A DNA stretch of 64,000 nucleotides, taken from the NCBI GenBank assembly GCA_964016885.1, contig OZ024764.1, forward strand, positions 7,192,001 through 7,256,000, read 5' to 3'. Shown here one piece after another: positions 12,801 through 23,885 of the stretch (within the stretch, counting starts at the first letter, position 1; each line of letters begins with the position of its first letter). The notes under the pieces are model-generated. The model ran no database searches. It was not told the DNA's origin and saw nothing but the letters and a program-made list of their open reading frames with translations. Origin of the DNA: Eledone cirrhosa (taxonomy: Eukaryota). The position numbers and the translations under genes were made by a program.

Positions 12801-15800
12801 ACAGTAAAGGCTTTACCTCTCTTAATATCTCACATAACATTTTCATTACTCTATATATACTATTGTATTTTCACAGTAAAGGCTTTATCTCACATAATAT
12901 CTCACATAACATTTACATTACTCTATATATACTATTGTATTTTCACAGTAAAGGCTTTATCTCACATAATATCTCACATAACATTTACATTACTCTATAT
13001 ATACTATTGTATTTCACAGTAAAGGCTTTACCTCACATAATATCTCACATAACATTTACATTACTCTATATATACTATTGTATTTTCACAGTAAAGGCTT
13101 TATCTCACATAATATCTCACATAACATTTACATTACTCTATATATACTATTGTATTTTCACAGTAAAAGCTTTGCCTCACATAATATCTCACATAACATT
13201 TACATTACTCTATATATACTATTGTATTTTCACAGTAAAGGCTTTACCTCACATAATATCTCACATAACATTTACATTACTCTATATATACTATTGTATT
13301 GTCACAGTAAAGGCTTTACCTCACATAATATCTCACATAACATTTACATTACTCTATATATACTATTGTATTTTCACAGTAAAGGCTTTACCTCACATAA
13401 TATCTCACATAACATTTACATTACTCTATATATACTATTGTATTTCACAGTAAAATCATTACCTCACATAATATCTCACATAACATTTACATTACTCTAT
13501 ATATACTATTGTATTTTCACAGTAAAGGCTTTATCTCACATATCTCACATAACATTTACATTACTCTATATATACTATTGTATTTTCACAGTAAAGGTTT
13601 TACCTCATAATATTTCACATAGCATTTACATTACTCTTTATATACTATTATATTTTCACAGTAAAGGCTTTACCTCACATAATATCTCACATAACATTTA
13701 CATTACTCTATATATACTTTTGTATTTTTATGGTAAAAGTTTTACCTCACATAATGTCACATAACATTTACATTACTCTATATATACTATTGTATTTTCA
13801 CAGAAAAGGCTTTACCTCACATAATATCTCACATAACATTTACATTACTCTATATATACTATTTTATTTTCACAGTAAAGGTTTTACATCACATAATTAT
13901 CTCACGTAACATTTACATTACTCTATATATACTATTGTATTTTCACAGTAAAGGCTTTACCTCACATAATATCTCACATAATATTTACATTACTCTATAT
14001 ATACTATTGTATTTTCACAGTAAAGACTTTATCTCACATAATATTTACATTACTCTATATATACTATTGTATTTTCACAGTAAAAGCTTTATCTCACATA
14101 ATATCTCACATAACATTTACATTACTCTATATATACTGTTGTATTTTCACAGTAAAGGTTTTATCTCATAATATCTCACATAACATTTACATTACTCTAT
14201 ATATACTATTGTATTTTCACAGTAAAGGCTTTATCTCACATAACATTTACATTACTCTATATATACTATTGTATTTTCACAGTAAAGGCTTTACCTCACA
14301 TAATATCTCACATAACATTTACATTACTCTATATATACTATTGTATTTTCACAGTAAAGGCTTTACCTCACATAATATCTCACATAACATTTACATTACT
14401 CTATATATACTATTGTATTTTCACAGTAAAGACTTTACCTCACATATCTCACATAACATTTACATTACTCTATATATACTATTGTATTTCACAGTAAAAT
14501 CATTACCTCACATAATATCTCGCATAACATTTACATTACTCTATATATACTATTGTATTTTCACAGTAAAGACTTTACCTCACATATCTAACATAACATT
14601 TACATTACTCTATATATACTATTGTATTTCACAGTAAAATCATTACCTCACATAATATCTCACATAACATTTACATTACTCTATATATACTATTGTATTT
14701 TCACAGTAAAGGCTTTATCTCACATATCTCACATAACATTTACATTACTCTATATATACTATTGTATTTTCACAGTAAAGACTTTACCTCACATAATATC
14801 TCACATAACATTTACATTACTCTATATATACTTTTGTATTAATATGTCGCATAACATTTACATTACTCTATATATGCTATTGTATTATCACAGTAAAGGC
14901 TTTACCTCACATAATATCTCACATAACATTTACATTACTCTATATATACTATTGTATTATCACAGTAAAGGCTTTACCTCACATATCTCACATAACATTT
15001 ACATTACTCTATATATACTATTGTATTTTCACAGTAAAGGTTTTACCTCATAATATTTCACATAACATTTACATTACTCTATATATACTATTGTATTTTC
15101 ACAGTAAAGGCTTTACCTCACATAATATCTCACATAACATTTACATTACTCTATATATACTATTGTATTTCACAGTAAAATCATTACCTCACATAATATC
15201 TCGCATAACATTTACATTACTCTATATATACTATTGTATTTTCACAGTAAAGGCTTTACCTCACATAATATCTCACATAACATTTACATTACTCTATATA
15301 TACTATGCTTTCACAGCATCAATAACACAGCATGCATGGATAAGACAACAATAATAATAATAATAGCAATAGAGTAAGTAAGTTAATACAGAGGTTAAGA
15401 AGCAAGGTATATATAGAGAGAACATAATGACTACAATTACGGATACATTGGGGTGGTCATTATAACAACAGAGGGAAGGTGATATCTCAAGGACTGTGGT
15501 AGTAGTCAAATAATGTACTTGGAATTAAGTTCGTCTGTTGAGAATCAAGAGTGAGGAAGTTGTGTTGACAGCAGCCGAGAAGAGATATATTTATGGGTTG
15601 ATAAGATATTTGCAGACATTACTGTGGTATAGAACAAGATAGAAAGGTCAATTTTCTGCAGACACAGGATCGCTACTAAATTCACAAGATTTAAGCCACC
15701 GTGATTCGAACCAACATAACTTAGCATTCAACATATGAAATCCGCACTCTCACACAGACCACCACAGAACTATAATATTCTTTAGGCAGCTTCTAGACTC

Positions 15801-16891
15801 CTTAATTTTATACCACAGTAATGTCTGCAAATGTTATAATGACCACCCCAATGTATCCGTAATTGTAGTCATTATGTTCTCTCTATATATACCTTGCTTC
15901 TTAACCTCTGTATTAACTTACTTACTCTATTGCTATTATTATTATTATTATTATTGTTGTCTTATCCATGCACGATGTGTTATTGATGCTGTGAAAGCTA
16001 AACAACCCATGATTAGAACTAACAACCCCTTCATCTAATATAGACCACTTAAATAAAGAATCCGCTTTACACCACATAAAAAATTGCCATCCTCACTACA
16101 ATGAAAATATTTTATCTGTCAGATAATAAATAATTCTTACGGTCAGCAAACCTACAGTAAAGTAAATGGTCCATTGTTTCAAGCCCCAGGTTATCTCTAC
16201 ACTATATATAATACACCCCATGATAACTTTTACATGTCAATTTCATACATCTGCTTCGTATCAGCTCGTTTTACATGCTAAAGTCATCAGTATACTCTAT
16301 GTCTTACTTAGATTGATGTGATTATTTTAAATATTTATGGTCTGGCTAATTTATTGTAGTATTGCTAGTATTGTTAGTATTGTTATTCATCATCATCATC
16401 ATCATTTCATTTTACGTCCGCTTTTCCCTGCTATCAAGGGTGGGACGGGAACTGATTCTGGCTTGATTTCTACAGCTGGATGCCCTTCCTAACACCAACC
16501 TCATTTACAGTGAGTGCTGGCTGCTCTTTTGCCGTGGCACCTCCACGACCACTTTGCAGTGGAATGATAGGGACCCCAGTCCCTATCATCTCATTTCTAC
16601 AGCTGAGTAAACTGGAGCAATGTGAAATAAAGTGTCTTGCTCAAGGAAACAACACATCACCCGGTCTGAGAATTGAACTCACAACCTTTCGATTGCAAGG
16701 CCAATGTTCTAACCACTAAGCCATGTGCCTCCATATATATATATATCAAGAAAGAAGAGTGACATGGTTTGCTATACAATAAGGGCTTTATTCACATTGC
16801 TGACAATTGTTTCTCTGAACTGGTAGGTCTAGAGATCGGTACCCGCCTGTTTTTGCATCAATCGATCACCAATACTATACTAATCGATCAC

Positions 16892-16922
<31 letters not shown>

Positions 16923-17034
16923 GAGAGTAAAACGAAGAAGCCTTCAATACATCTGTATTAACTTACTTACTCCATTGCTTACTCTTCAGCATCTTAATTA
17001 AATATATATATTACTTACTCTTCAGCATCTTAAT

Positions 17035-17076
<42 letters not shown>

Positions 17077-20000
17077 ATTAAGATGCTGGAGAGCACAACA
17101 AAGATTTATGAATACATGTATATATTGAATGGCTAACAAATGTTTCAAATATTGCGCCCGTAAGAGTGTACATTGATGTTGTGATATTGAATATAAATTG
17201 ATATTAGACCATTAAAAATAAATAAGTATTGACACACTTATTTATTTTTAATGGACTAATATCCATTTATATTCGATATCACATTATCAATACATGAAGC
17301 TAAATCCTAATTCTATTCTATTATAAGTTGAGCCAACTTATGCAGCTTTATATGCAAATGAGATTAATCACCTCATTTACACAGACGAGAAAACTATATT
17401 CTCGACTGTTTTCAAGTCCAGCAGTTGCAAGCATGGGAGTGATCGTCCTGATGGGAACCAGTTAAGTTCGAAATGCATTGATGATTGTTCCCCTTGCTTC
17501 TGCTGGACACCACCAGAGGGCATTAGCTCCAGTGTTTTGCATAGCCACGGCTTTCTAAATGTTTATCCATAAACACACTGTATTTCTTTAGAAATACAAC
17601 ATTTCAATACATATCTGTATACAGCTATACATGAAGCTAATTCCTATCTCTCTCTCTCTATATATATATATATACAATGATATTATATATATATATAACA
17701 GGTAAAGGATTATTAACACAAACAAGCGATATAATAGGGTTTTATTCCAAGTATTAACATGTTTCATCACTTGATATGCAATTAATTATGTCTTGAAATC
17801 GCTATAACCAATCAACTATAGACAATAGTGATTTCAAGACATAATTAATTGCATATTAAGTGATGAAACATGTTAATGCTTGGAATAAAACCCTATTATA
17901 TTGCTTATCCATGTTAATCATCCTTTACCTGTTATTAATACTCCAATAACTACTAACCACGGTACTTTGTGGAATCAACCCTCCGAAAAACCTAAGTAAA
18001 CATCTTGTTGACTCAACATAGCACTGCACATTGAAATATCCCTCGGTACAGATTACTTGTAACCTGATTTTAGATAACCTTAAATGATATCTTGTTTACT
18101 TTGATTGATATATATATATATATATATATTAGTACAGTTAATCTGAAGCATTGTGAAATGTGTAATAAAAAACCAATGAGTTTTAAAAAAAGTCTGGTAC
18201 AATGCAGTAGAAATATATAAAGGGCAAAAGATGACAAATAAAACAAAATAAACTAATGTTGTACCCAGTATATTTCAATATGATATTTCAGGGCTATAGC
18301 CCTCTTTTCAAATGTGAAACAAAAACAGTTCAAAACAAAAACAAACAATCGATGTGTTGAGGAAGATTGTACGTGACTGGGTGAGAGTAACAGAGCCAGC
18401 GATGAAAGTTGTAAAAGAAATGGAATGAAATGGTTGGGTCATGTGTTGAGGAAGGATAAAAATAACTGGGTGAGAGGAATAGAACCTGTGATGAATGTTT
18501 TAAAGAGAAATGGAATGACATGGTTGGGTCATGTGTTGAGGAAGGATAAAAATAACTGGCTGAGAGGAATAGAACCTGTGGCTAATGTTGTAAAGAGAAA
18601 TGGAATGAGATGGTTGGGTCATGTGTTGAGGAAGGATAAAAATAACTGGCTGAGAGGAATAGAACCTGTGGCTAATGTTGTAAAGAGAAATGGAATGAGA
18701 CAGTTGTTGTATGTAAGACCTTTTGTTTCTGAACAAGAAAGTAAAATATACAAACCTCTATTTTTGCAAGAACTGTACAACCTCTTGACTATTTTAACAG
18801 GCTGTATATCAAATATTGAATGTGGCTCTTCCAGTAAACCTGTTAGATAAAACAAAATTATAAAACTTTCTGTAAGATTACGACAGTGCTACCATCTAGA
18901 ATGGATAACTTAACCCTTTAGCATTTACATTACTCTATATACACTATTGTATTTTCATGGTAAAGGCTTTACCTCATATAATATCTCACATAACATTTAC
19001 ATTACTCTATATAAAGTATTGTATTTTCATGGTAAAGACTTTACCTCACATAATATCTCACATAACATTTACATTACTTTATATAAAGTATTGTATTTTC
19101 ACAGTAAAAGCTTTACCTTACATAATATCTCACATAATATGGAATCTATGAGTCTTTGATATTATTTATTTTGAGCACAGTACCTTAACATTAGTTTAAG
19201 TGGCCGGTTACAGCCGGTTTGAACAGAAAGAGGTGAGAGAATTCTGGCCTGATATGGCCGGTTTAAATGCTAAAGGGCTAAGAAATATCCCCTATATTAT
19301 TTATAACTCTGAGTGTTTACCTTGTGCAATTAAGAGCTCACATCCAGATTTGTTGCTTCCTTCAGTCATGAATGACCATGGATTTCCACCTAGAAAGTTG
19401 CCCTCCAAGGCACAATGTGTTTTTATGGAAGACCAGCAGTCACCCATGCATACCAGTCTCCCTTCTATATGCCACTGATGATGTCCAAGGGAAAGGCAAT
19501 GGCCAATTCAGCTTGGCTCTAGTGATGTTGTAATTCATATAGACTCCATATATACACAATATATATACACTGTATATAATGTTGTCCAAGGGAAATGCAA
19601 TGGCTGATAGAGCTTGGCACCAACATTCATCCCTGGCTCTACTCCTCTCACCCAGTCACTTTCATCATTCTTCAAATCATCATCCAACCATCTCATTCAA
19701 TTTCTCATCACAACATCCATCACTAGTTCTATTTCTCTCAACCAGTCACTTTTATCTTTCCTCAACACATGACCCAACCATATCATTCCATTTCTCTTCA
19801 CAACATCCACCACTAGCTTTAATCTCATCACCCAGTTACTTTTATCCTTCCTCATCCTATCTAGCCAAGCTTTGTAACTGATACTCTTGTGGCCACGACA
19901 AGGAGTATGCCCTAAGGACAACATAGTAGTAGTAGTAATGGTTTTTGATTTAGGCCAGCAATTTTGGTGAGGGGGAGGGGTCCGATTAAATCGAGCCCAA

Positions 20001-23000
20001 TGCATGACTGGTATTTTATTTTATCAACCCCATAAGGATGAAAGGCAGAGCTAACCACAGTAGGATTTGAACTCAGAATGTAAAGGGCCGTTACTTTATG
20101 CTGCAAAGCATTCTGTCTGACTACCAATTGGTTGATTGCAACTTGTTGAAGATATTATAAGTTTAATACATACCCATAACCACTGCATTAGTGGAATGTT
20201 GCATATCAGCTTTTACATCCTTCTTCAATGATGTGATATAGCTATCACAACTATATTTCCAGAAATCCTCACAAGCCATGTTTTGGTTGTCTGAAAATAT
20301 TCACAGAAATGATGGGTTAGAGTAAGAACAAAAATATCTATTGATAATCTTGTTGAATATGTAGCAGGAGAGATAAGCAGTGATTTGGCCACCAGTGAGA
20401 AGGTGTTACAGTTAAGAGTCAAAATACCCAGTGTATGTTGGACTCTGATGACATCAAATACTCCTAAACACGGCTGTGTTCATTGAAGGCAAATTAATGC
20501 AAAACATCTTCTTTAAGGTGTAATTCTTATAGATTTAAAACATCAATTTTCAATACAGTGAATGAACATTGCCTATAATAATATAACTATTGTGGAGTTA
20601 TGGGGGCCTTGCCAGAAATATTGTGGCTGTGATGTCACATGAAGGGAAGGGTATTAGTGATATGGCCTGCTTCTTTGAGAGCGTCGGTCTCTTTCTTGCT
20701 CATCCAGTGTAGTCGAGTGTGGACATGTCTGTGGGCAAGCTCTTGTAGACCTGTTAATCTCTGATCAGAGTCTGCCATATTTTGTAATGTTCTAGGAATA
20801 TCAAACCAAACCCATGTTGTTGGCTGGAGGTAGAGCTGAGTTCGCTGCCATTGTGTGGTGCAACTTCACATGGAACAAGGTTAGGCAGCTTTACCCAATC
20901 TCCGAGACACGCTGGCTGCCATAAGTCACCAAGGGGCAGATTTACAACTCCTGTGTGAGAAGTGTGTTGCTCCACACTAGCAAGACCTGGGCCATGTTAT
21001 CCGACTGTCTGAACCGGTTCAGAAGAAATCTTTCAACATGTCGCGATCCTTTGTCATCACCTCTGTGAAACATAGTGATTTGAGGTCAGTTCTCACAACC
21101 TCTGCCCAGGTCTGAACATGTCTGGATGTGAATAGTTATTATAGTCGGTTTGTATACTTTGATTTATTCTTTCAATTAATTTGTATAAACCATTCTATCT
21201 GTAGTTAATATATTCATTACTCTGGTGGTTTTATATATATGTGTGTATATTACTATGTTATAAAGAGCTCAGAATTTCTTCCTTGAGTTTATTTGATTAT
21301 AAGGGAATATTGTGAGTTTTTAACGCAACATTCTAATTATATATATATATATCATCATCATCATCACCATTTTATGTCCGTTCTTCCACGCTAGCATGGG
21401 TTAGACGGGTTGTCCTGTTGTGGGCAGTGTCCGGTCGGCTGACCTTGTCTTGCTCATATGGGAACTGATTCTGGCTTGATTTCTACAGCTGGATGCCCTT
21501 CCTAACACCAACCTCATTTACAGTGAGTGCTGGGTGCTTTTTTTTCCATGGCGCCTACATGTCTACTTTACAGTGAGTGCTGGGTGCTTTTTTGCCGTGG
21601 CACCTCCACGACCACTTTGCAGTGGGAGGGTGTGGGGGCATATTGTCTACATGCTTCAGCTTGTACCCGTGGAGGGGTCGGGTCATCTGTATTACTGCAT
21701 GACGCCAAAGGTCATGGTCGTGTGTCATCACCTCTGAGAGGTGTAATTGGGTAAGATCGGCTTTTATCACCTCATCCCAGGTCTTCTTGGGTCTCCCCAC
21801 TCCGCGGTTTCCATCGGATTTTAGTGCTCTGCACCTTTTCATGCAGCTGTCATGCTTCATACGCATCACATGTCCATACCAACGCAACCTCCTCTCCTGC
21901 ACACAGCATTTAATAATAATAATAATGAAATTATTGTGTACAGTGCTCAGGTGCACTACAACTCATCAAAGGTGCATGTATAGTACATAGAATAATGTAC
22001 AAATGTCAGGAAAATAAACAGTGTATGAGTCATGATATAATAACAATAACAATAATGAAATATTGTGCACAGTGCCCAGGTGCACCACAACCCATCAAAA
22101 AAGTGCATGTACAGTACATAGGGCAATGCACAAACATCAGTAAAATGAACAGTGCACGAGTCATGATACACACATGTGTGCATGTGTATGGAAGGGGCAC
22201 ATCAGGTGTAGTTTTGGCGTATTTCGGGAAGCATGAGTGTCTTAAAGGATGCAGATTCCTCTTATCCTCAGTCTCTCTCTCAGTTCGTTTATACTTTGCC
22301 ATTTGCGTATATTACTATTACACATCCATCGGAGCATGCAGGCTTCGTTTCTTTCTAATCTACGCAAGTCTTCTACAGACAGTGCCCAGGTCTCACTACC
22401 ATGTAACATTGCTGTTCGGATACACGCATCATATAGTCTGCCTTTCATTTTGAGGGAGAAGCCTTTTGCAGCCAGCAGTGGCAGTAGCTCCCTGAACTTC
22501 TTCCATCCCATTCTTACCCTAGTTATTGTATTTTCCAAACACCTACCTCCGCTCCTAATTCCGTCACCTAGGTAGCAGAAGCTGTCTACTGTTTCTACAG
22601 AGCCCTCCCAGAGTTTGGTGGTACTTGTTTCCTATGGCTGTTTGCTGCTTGCTGTCCCAGCACAGCTGCTACATGTGAAGCCTACATTTTTAATTAAGCT
22701 TCCTGAGATCCTGCTACATCTCTTGTGTACCCATTGTTTACATTTGCGGCAGAGAATGGAGTTCTTACCTACACCTTTCCTACATACTGAGCAAGGCCAT
22801 TTGCCTGAAGGGATCTGGGTTCTGTTTTCTCGTCTACTTACAAGGACCTTAGTCTTTGTCAGGTTGACTTTGAGACCCTTTCTTTCTAGTCCCTGCTTCC
22901 AAGTTTGGAATTTCTTCTCTAATTCTACCATAGATTCAGCTATAAGTGCGAGGTCATCTGCATACAGGAGTTCCCATGTGCATCCGGTCTTAAACTCCTC

Positions 23001-23696
23001 CGTTATTGCCTACAGGACTATGATGAACAGAAGAGGGCTAAGAACAGAGCCCTGGTGGACACCGACCTGTACACTAAATTCCTCGCTATAGTAATTGCTA
23101 ATCCTAACTTTGTTGACTGCTCCCCTATACATGGCTTGTACAGCTTTCACAAGCCATTCATCTACTCCTAGTTTTCTAAGAGCCCACCAGATTATAGCAC
23201 GGGGAACTCTGTCAAAGGCTTTCTCTAGATCGACGAATGCCAGGTACTTTTAGCTAGGTACTTTTTCTGTAACTGCCTCACAAGGAAGAGGGCATCAGTT
23301 GTGCCTCTTCCTGGCACAAACCCAAATTGCATCTCATCTAGTTTCACCCGGTCCCTAATCAACTGTGCTATAACTCTTTCTGTTACTTTCATGACCTGGT
23401 CCATCAGCTTTATACCTCTATAGTTTCCTCTATATAGTGCATCACCTTTATAAATTAGAAAACAATGAATTAGCAACTACATTGAGTGAAAATATTTGGA
23501 TGAAAAGAAAATGACGGAACTCTCATGATGAAAAATAAGAAGAATGAATATAAAAAATTTATTTCGAAGAAAAAAGATTTTACCTAAGTTTGTTGCATTA
23601 TTTTCGAAATTATGTTCATCACTCCTCTTTCCAGATTTGCTGATCAGTATAGATGTAATAATAGTAATGAAGATTATTACCGCCATCAGCAAGGCT
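779..23696 (-). CDS. Multi-exon M13-family (neprilysin/ECE-like) metallopeptidase gene, N-terminal half; continues beyond position 1
   Basis: Ten GT-AG exons with matching phases: 23584-23696, 20174-20290, 18756-18839, 12421-12599, 8821-8940, 7715-7777, 3136-3266, 2226-2316, 1685-1798, 779-883. The joined protein has a hydrophobic N-terminal segment, then ACEDFWKYSCDSY (M13 PCxDFYxFACGxW), LLEEP..VKRLYSSC, FDLVTLF and EETDWLDNWSKTSALAKL (M13 WMDxxTKxxAxxK). Confidence 0.9.
1095..1218 (+). mobile_element. Helitron-like 3' terminus
   Basis: Hairpin ccgtgaa..ttcacgg (1191-1208) followed by CTAG|T at 1215-1219; 5' boundary uncertain. Confidence 0.55.
1685..1798 (-). CDS. M13 peptidase exon (FINSTKETNLCFNIATLMNDVLSWMYRRKHFDVQQHYM)
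   Basis: ttatcag acceptor, ATG|gtaaat donor, phase 0-0; conserved Cys and YxxxHF segment. Confidence 0.85.
2226..2316 (-). CDS. M13 peptidase exon (DFLILVFLEIFGNLFSDYPNLSNQPVEHFE)
   Basis: atttcag acceptor, GAG|gtgatt donor; phase 2-0 exactly bridges its neighbours. Confidence 0.8.
2480..2952 (+). mobile_element. RTE LINE 3' fragment
   Basis: YDACVR..GSETW..YGHVMCM..RGRPWKTW; (ATG)n tail. Confidence 0.9.
3136..3266 (-). CDS. M13 peptidase exon (FDLVTLFEDIL...IIQETEQ)
   Basis: tttacag acceptor, gtaagg donor, phase 0-2. Confidence 0.85.
3355..3640 (-). mobile_element. Degenerate RTE LINE 3' fragment
   Basis: RGRPRKTW motif; tail resembling other RTE copies. Confidence 0.8.
3667..3895. mobile_element. 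Tc1/mariner-type MITE
   Basis: TIRs cagagtgggtggaaagaaac / gttactttccacccaccctg flanked by TA. Confidence 0.75.
3952..4140 (-). mobile_element. tRNA-derived SINE family 2
   Basis: B-box gagttcaaatccc and gcctttcatcctt..gataaaataaagtaccag core. Other copies at about 19945-20130(-), 36990-37103(-), 45710-45897(+), 52050-52160(+), 52195-52383(+), 56455-56565(-), 62943-63068(+). Confidence 0.8.
4258..5830 (+). mobile_element. Penelope-like element remnant: GIY-YIG endonuclease fragment (about 4410-4772) with an inverted hammerhead-like motif (minus 4258-4299)
   Basis: C..C..C..NVVYSIRC..C..YIGET..SIGERLDQH, then after a frameshift ..LLYKH..H..R*IREANEIELRKPKLNRKNEW; minus strand CTGATGA-tgtcaca..tgtgat-GAAA. 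Confidence 0.8.
4788..5705. repeat. 62-66 bp minisatellite, about 14 copies
   Basis: Unit acaatactgacctaaggtaaatataaataaatatacacaggtacaacaacaaccatacataaacac, starting just after the GIY-YIG stop. Confidence 0.95.
6310..6646 (+). mobile_element. tRNA-derived SINE family 1 with RTE-derived 3' end
   Basis: A-box tggcttagtgg, B-box gagttcaattct, ccttgagcaagacacttt core; 3' end shared with RTE 3' UTRs. Confidence 0.9.
6724..7072 (-). mobile_element. SINE family 1
   Basis: Near-identical reverse complement of 6310-6646, with (ATG)n tail. Confidence 0.9.
7715..7777 (-). CDS. M13 peptidase exon (RQSDKIPAIYTTDQLRTILSA)
   Basis: ctttag acceptor, gtaagt donor, 63 nt, phase 0-0; lies at the position of the M13 'TLxELQ' segment. 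Confidence 0.8.
8241..8342. repeat. 29-bp tandem repeat, about 3.5 copies
   Basis: Unit cctccaaagtgaaacaggtgtaatattcc. Confidence 0.85.
8546..8765. mobile_element. piggyBac-type MITE with one 72-bp unit
   Basis: TTAA-CCCTTTAACAT...ATTAAAGGG termini; homologous to 18914-19277. Confidence 0.7.
8821..8940 (-). CDS. M13 peptidase exon (LQLIFNVQLP...QVSTK)
   Basis: ttttcag acceptor, AAG|gtaagc donor, 120 nt, phase 0-0. Confidence 0.85.
9464..9642. repeat. Long fold-back palindrome with arms of about 87 bp
   Basis: gaaaaaaaggaaaagaatgacttcactggtag... mirrored by ...ctaccagtgaagtcattcttttccttttttc, followed by (TA)n. Confidence 0.9.
9698..9842. ncRNA. Fold-back with a hammerhead-like motif on the minus strand (9698-9763) and a degenerate plus-strand mirror
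   Basis: Minus strand tttgt-CTGACGA-...-GAAAC-CTTCA-GTA-atgaa. Confidence 0.55.
9845..11710 (-). mobile_element. RTE LINE (subfamily A), 5'-truncated, RT plus PHD, with internal 80-bp x8 tandem expansion at 10083-10725
   Basis: GVHQCSVLSPLLF, LLYVDD, CSIC..CTQC..HKRC..CSRC; (ATG)n tail. Confidence 0.92.
11800..12062 (-). mobile_element. 3' fragment of a different RTE-clade LINE
   Basis: ..GSRQRGQPKMNW..AADRTRW. Confidence 0.8.
12421..12599 (-). CDS. M13 peptidase exon (SKLETLISSL...KTGKVIIK)
   Basis: atttcag acceptor, AAG|gtaagt donor, phase 1-0, open frame. Confidence 0.85.
12775..15305. repeat. 72-bp minisatellite, about 35 copies, derived from a piggyBac-type MITE
   Basis: Unit catttacattactctatatatactattgtattttcacagtaaaggctttacctcacataatatctcacataa; the same unit occurs in 8546-8765 and 18914-19277. 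Confidence 0.95.
15307..15998. mobile_element. About 160-bp inverted repeats (15307-15467 / 15832-15998) around a spacer; probable Penelope-like remnant
   Basis: Near-perfect reverse-complement arms; inner 24-bp inverted pair at about 15608-15631 / 15809-15832. Confidence 0.6.
16388..16732 (-). mobile_element. SINE family 1
   Basis: Near-identical to 6724-7072. Confidence 0.9.
17172..17291. repeat. Imperfect fold-back palindrome
   Basis: gtgatattgaatataaat..ccattaaaaataaataagt / acttatttatttttaatgg..atttatattcgatatcac. Confidence 0.8.
17442..17485 (+). ncRNA. Degenerate hammerhead motif (A9->G), related to 37677-37718
   Basis: tcgtc-CTGATGG-gaac.cagttaa.gttc-GAAA-TGCA-TT-gatga. Confidence 0.5.
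17695..17935. repeat. Fold-back palindrome with arms of about 115 bp, containing a hammerhead 3' half (GAAACATGTT) and AATAAA
   Basis: ataacaggtaaagga... / ...tcctttacctgttat, adjacent to (TA)n. Confidence 0.85.
18395..18700 (+). repeat. 90-bp x3 tandem derived from the RTE C-terminal 'RWLGHVLRKD' region; related copy on minus at about 19630-19860
   Basis: Repeated tggttgggtcatgtgttgaggaaggataaaaataactgg. Confidence 0.8.
18756..18839 (-). CDS. M13 peptidase exon (LLEEPHSIFDIQPVKIVKRLYSSCKNR)
   Basis: ctaacag acceptor, AG|gtttgt donor, phase 1-1; matches the M13 KxxxLYxSC motif. Confidence 0.88.
18914..19277. mobile_element. piggyBac-type MITE with three 72-bp units
   Basis: TTAA|CCCTTTAGCATTT...AAATGCTAAAGGG|CTAA. 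Confidence 0.8.
20174..20290 (-). CDS. M13 peptidase exon (NQNMACEDFWKYSCDSYITSLKKDVKADMQHSTNAVVM)
   Basis: ttttcag acceptor, G|gtatgt donor, phase 1-1; carries the CxDFxxxxC motif. Confidence 0.9.
21352..23450 (-). mobile_element. RTE LINE (subfamily B), 5'-truncated, interrupted by CR1 3' fragments
   Basis: NYRGIKL, QFGF, PHD finger, GSETW; frameshifts and stops. Confidence 0.92.
21910..22254 (-). mobile_element. Two tandem CR1 3'-end fragments
   Basis: Reverse complement of the 35030-35190 CR1 terminus (gtagtgcacctgagcact..tttcattattatt). Confidence 0.8.
23584..23696 (-). CDS. M13 peptidase exon: signal peptide/signal anchor (ALLMAVIIFITIITSILISKSGKRSDEHNFENNATNL)
   Basis: aaaacag acceptor and TTAG|gtaaaa donor; phase-1 end fits the next exon; possible ATG at 23686. 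Confidence 0.75.
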
Positions 23697-23885
23697 CTGT
23701 TTTAAAATATAGAAGAGAATTAATGTAAATAGTGATGTGTTTATGGTCGGAGTCTCTATGAAATAGGGTGAAGACACTTGAAGATGGAAAAATATGTTGC
23801 AAAATGTTTAGCTGCCATGTATATATAACCCATGCTAGTGTGGAAGATGGACGTTAATTGATGATGATGATGATGATGATGATAC

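Noticed and set aside
12638-15354. Long His/Ile/Tyr-rich ORFs
   Set aside because: 72-bp satellite with frequent frameshifts
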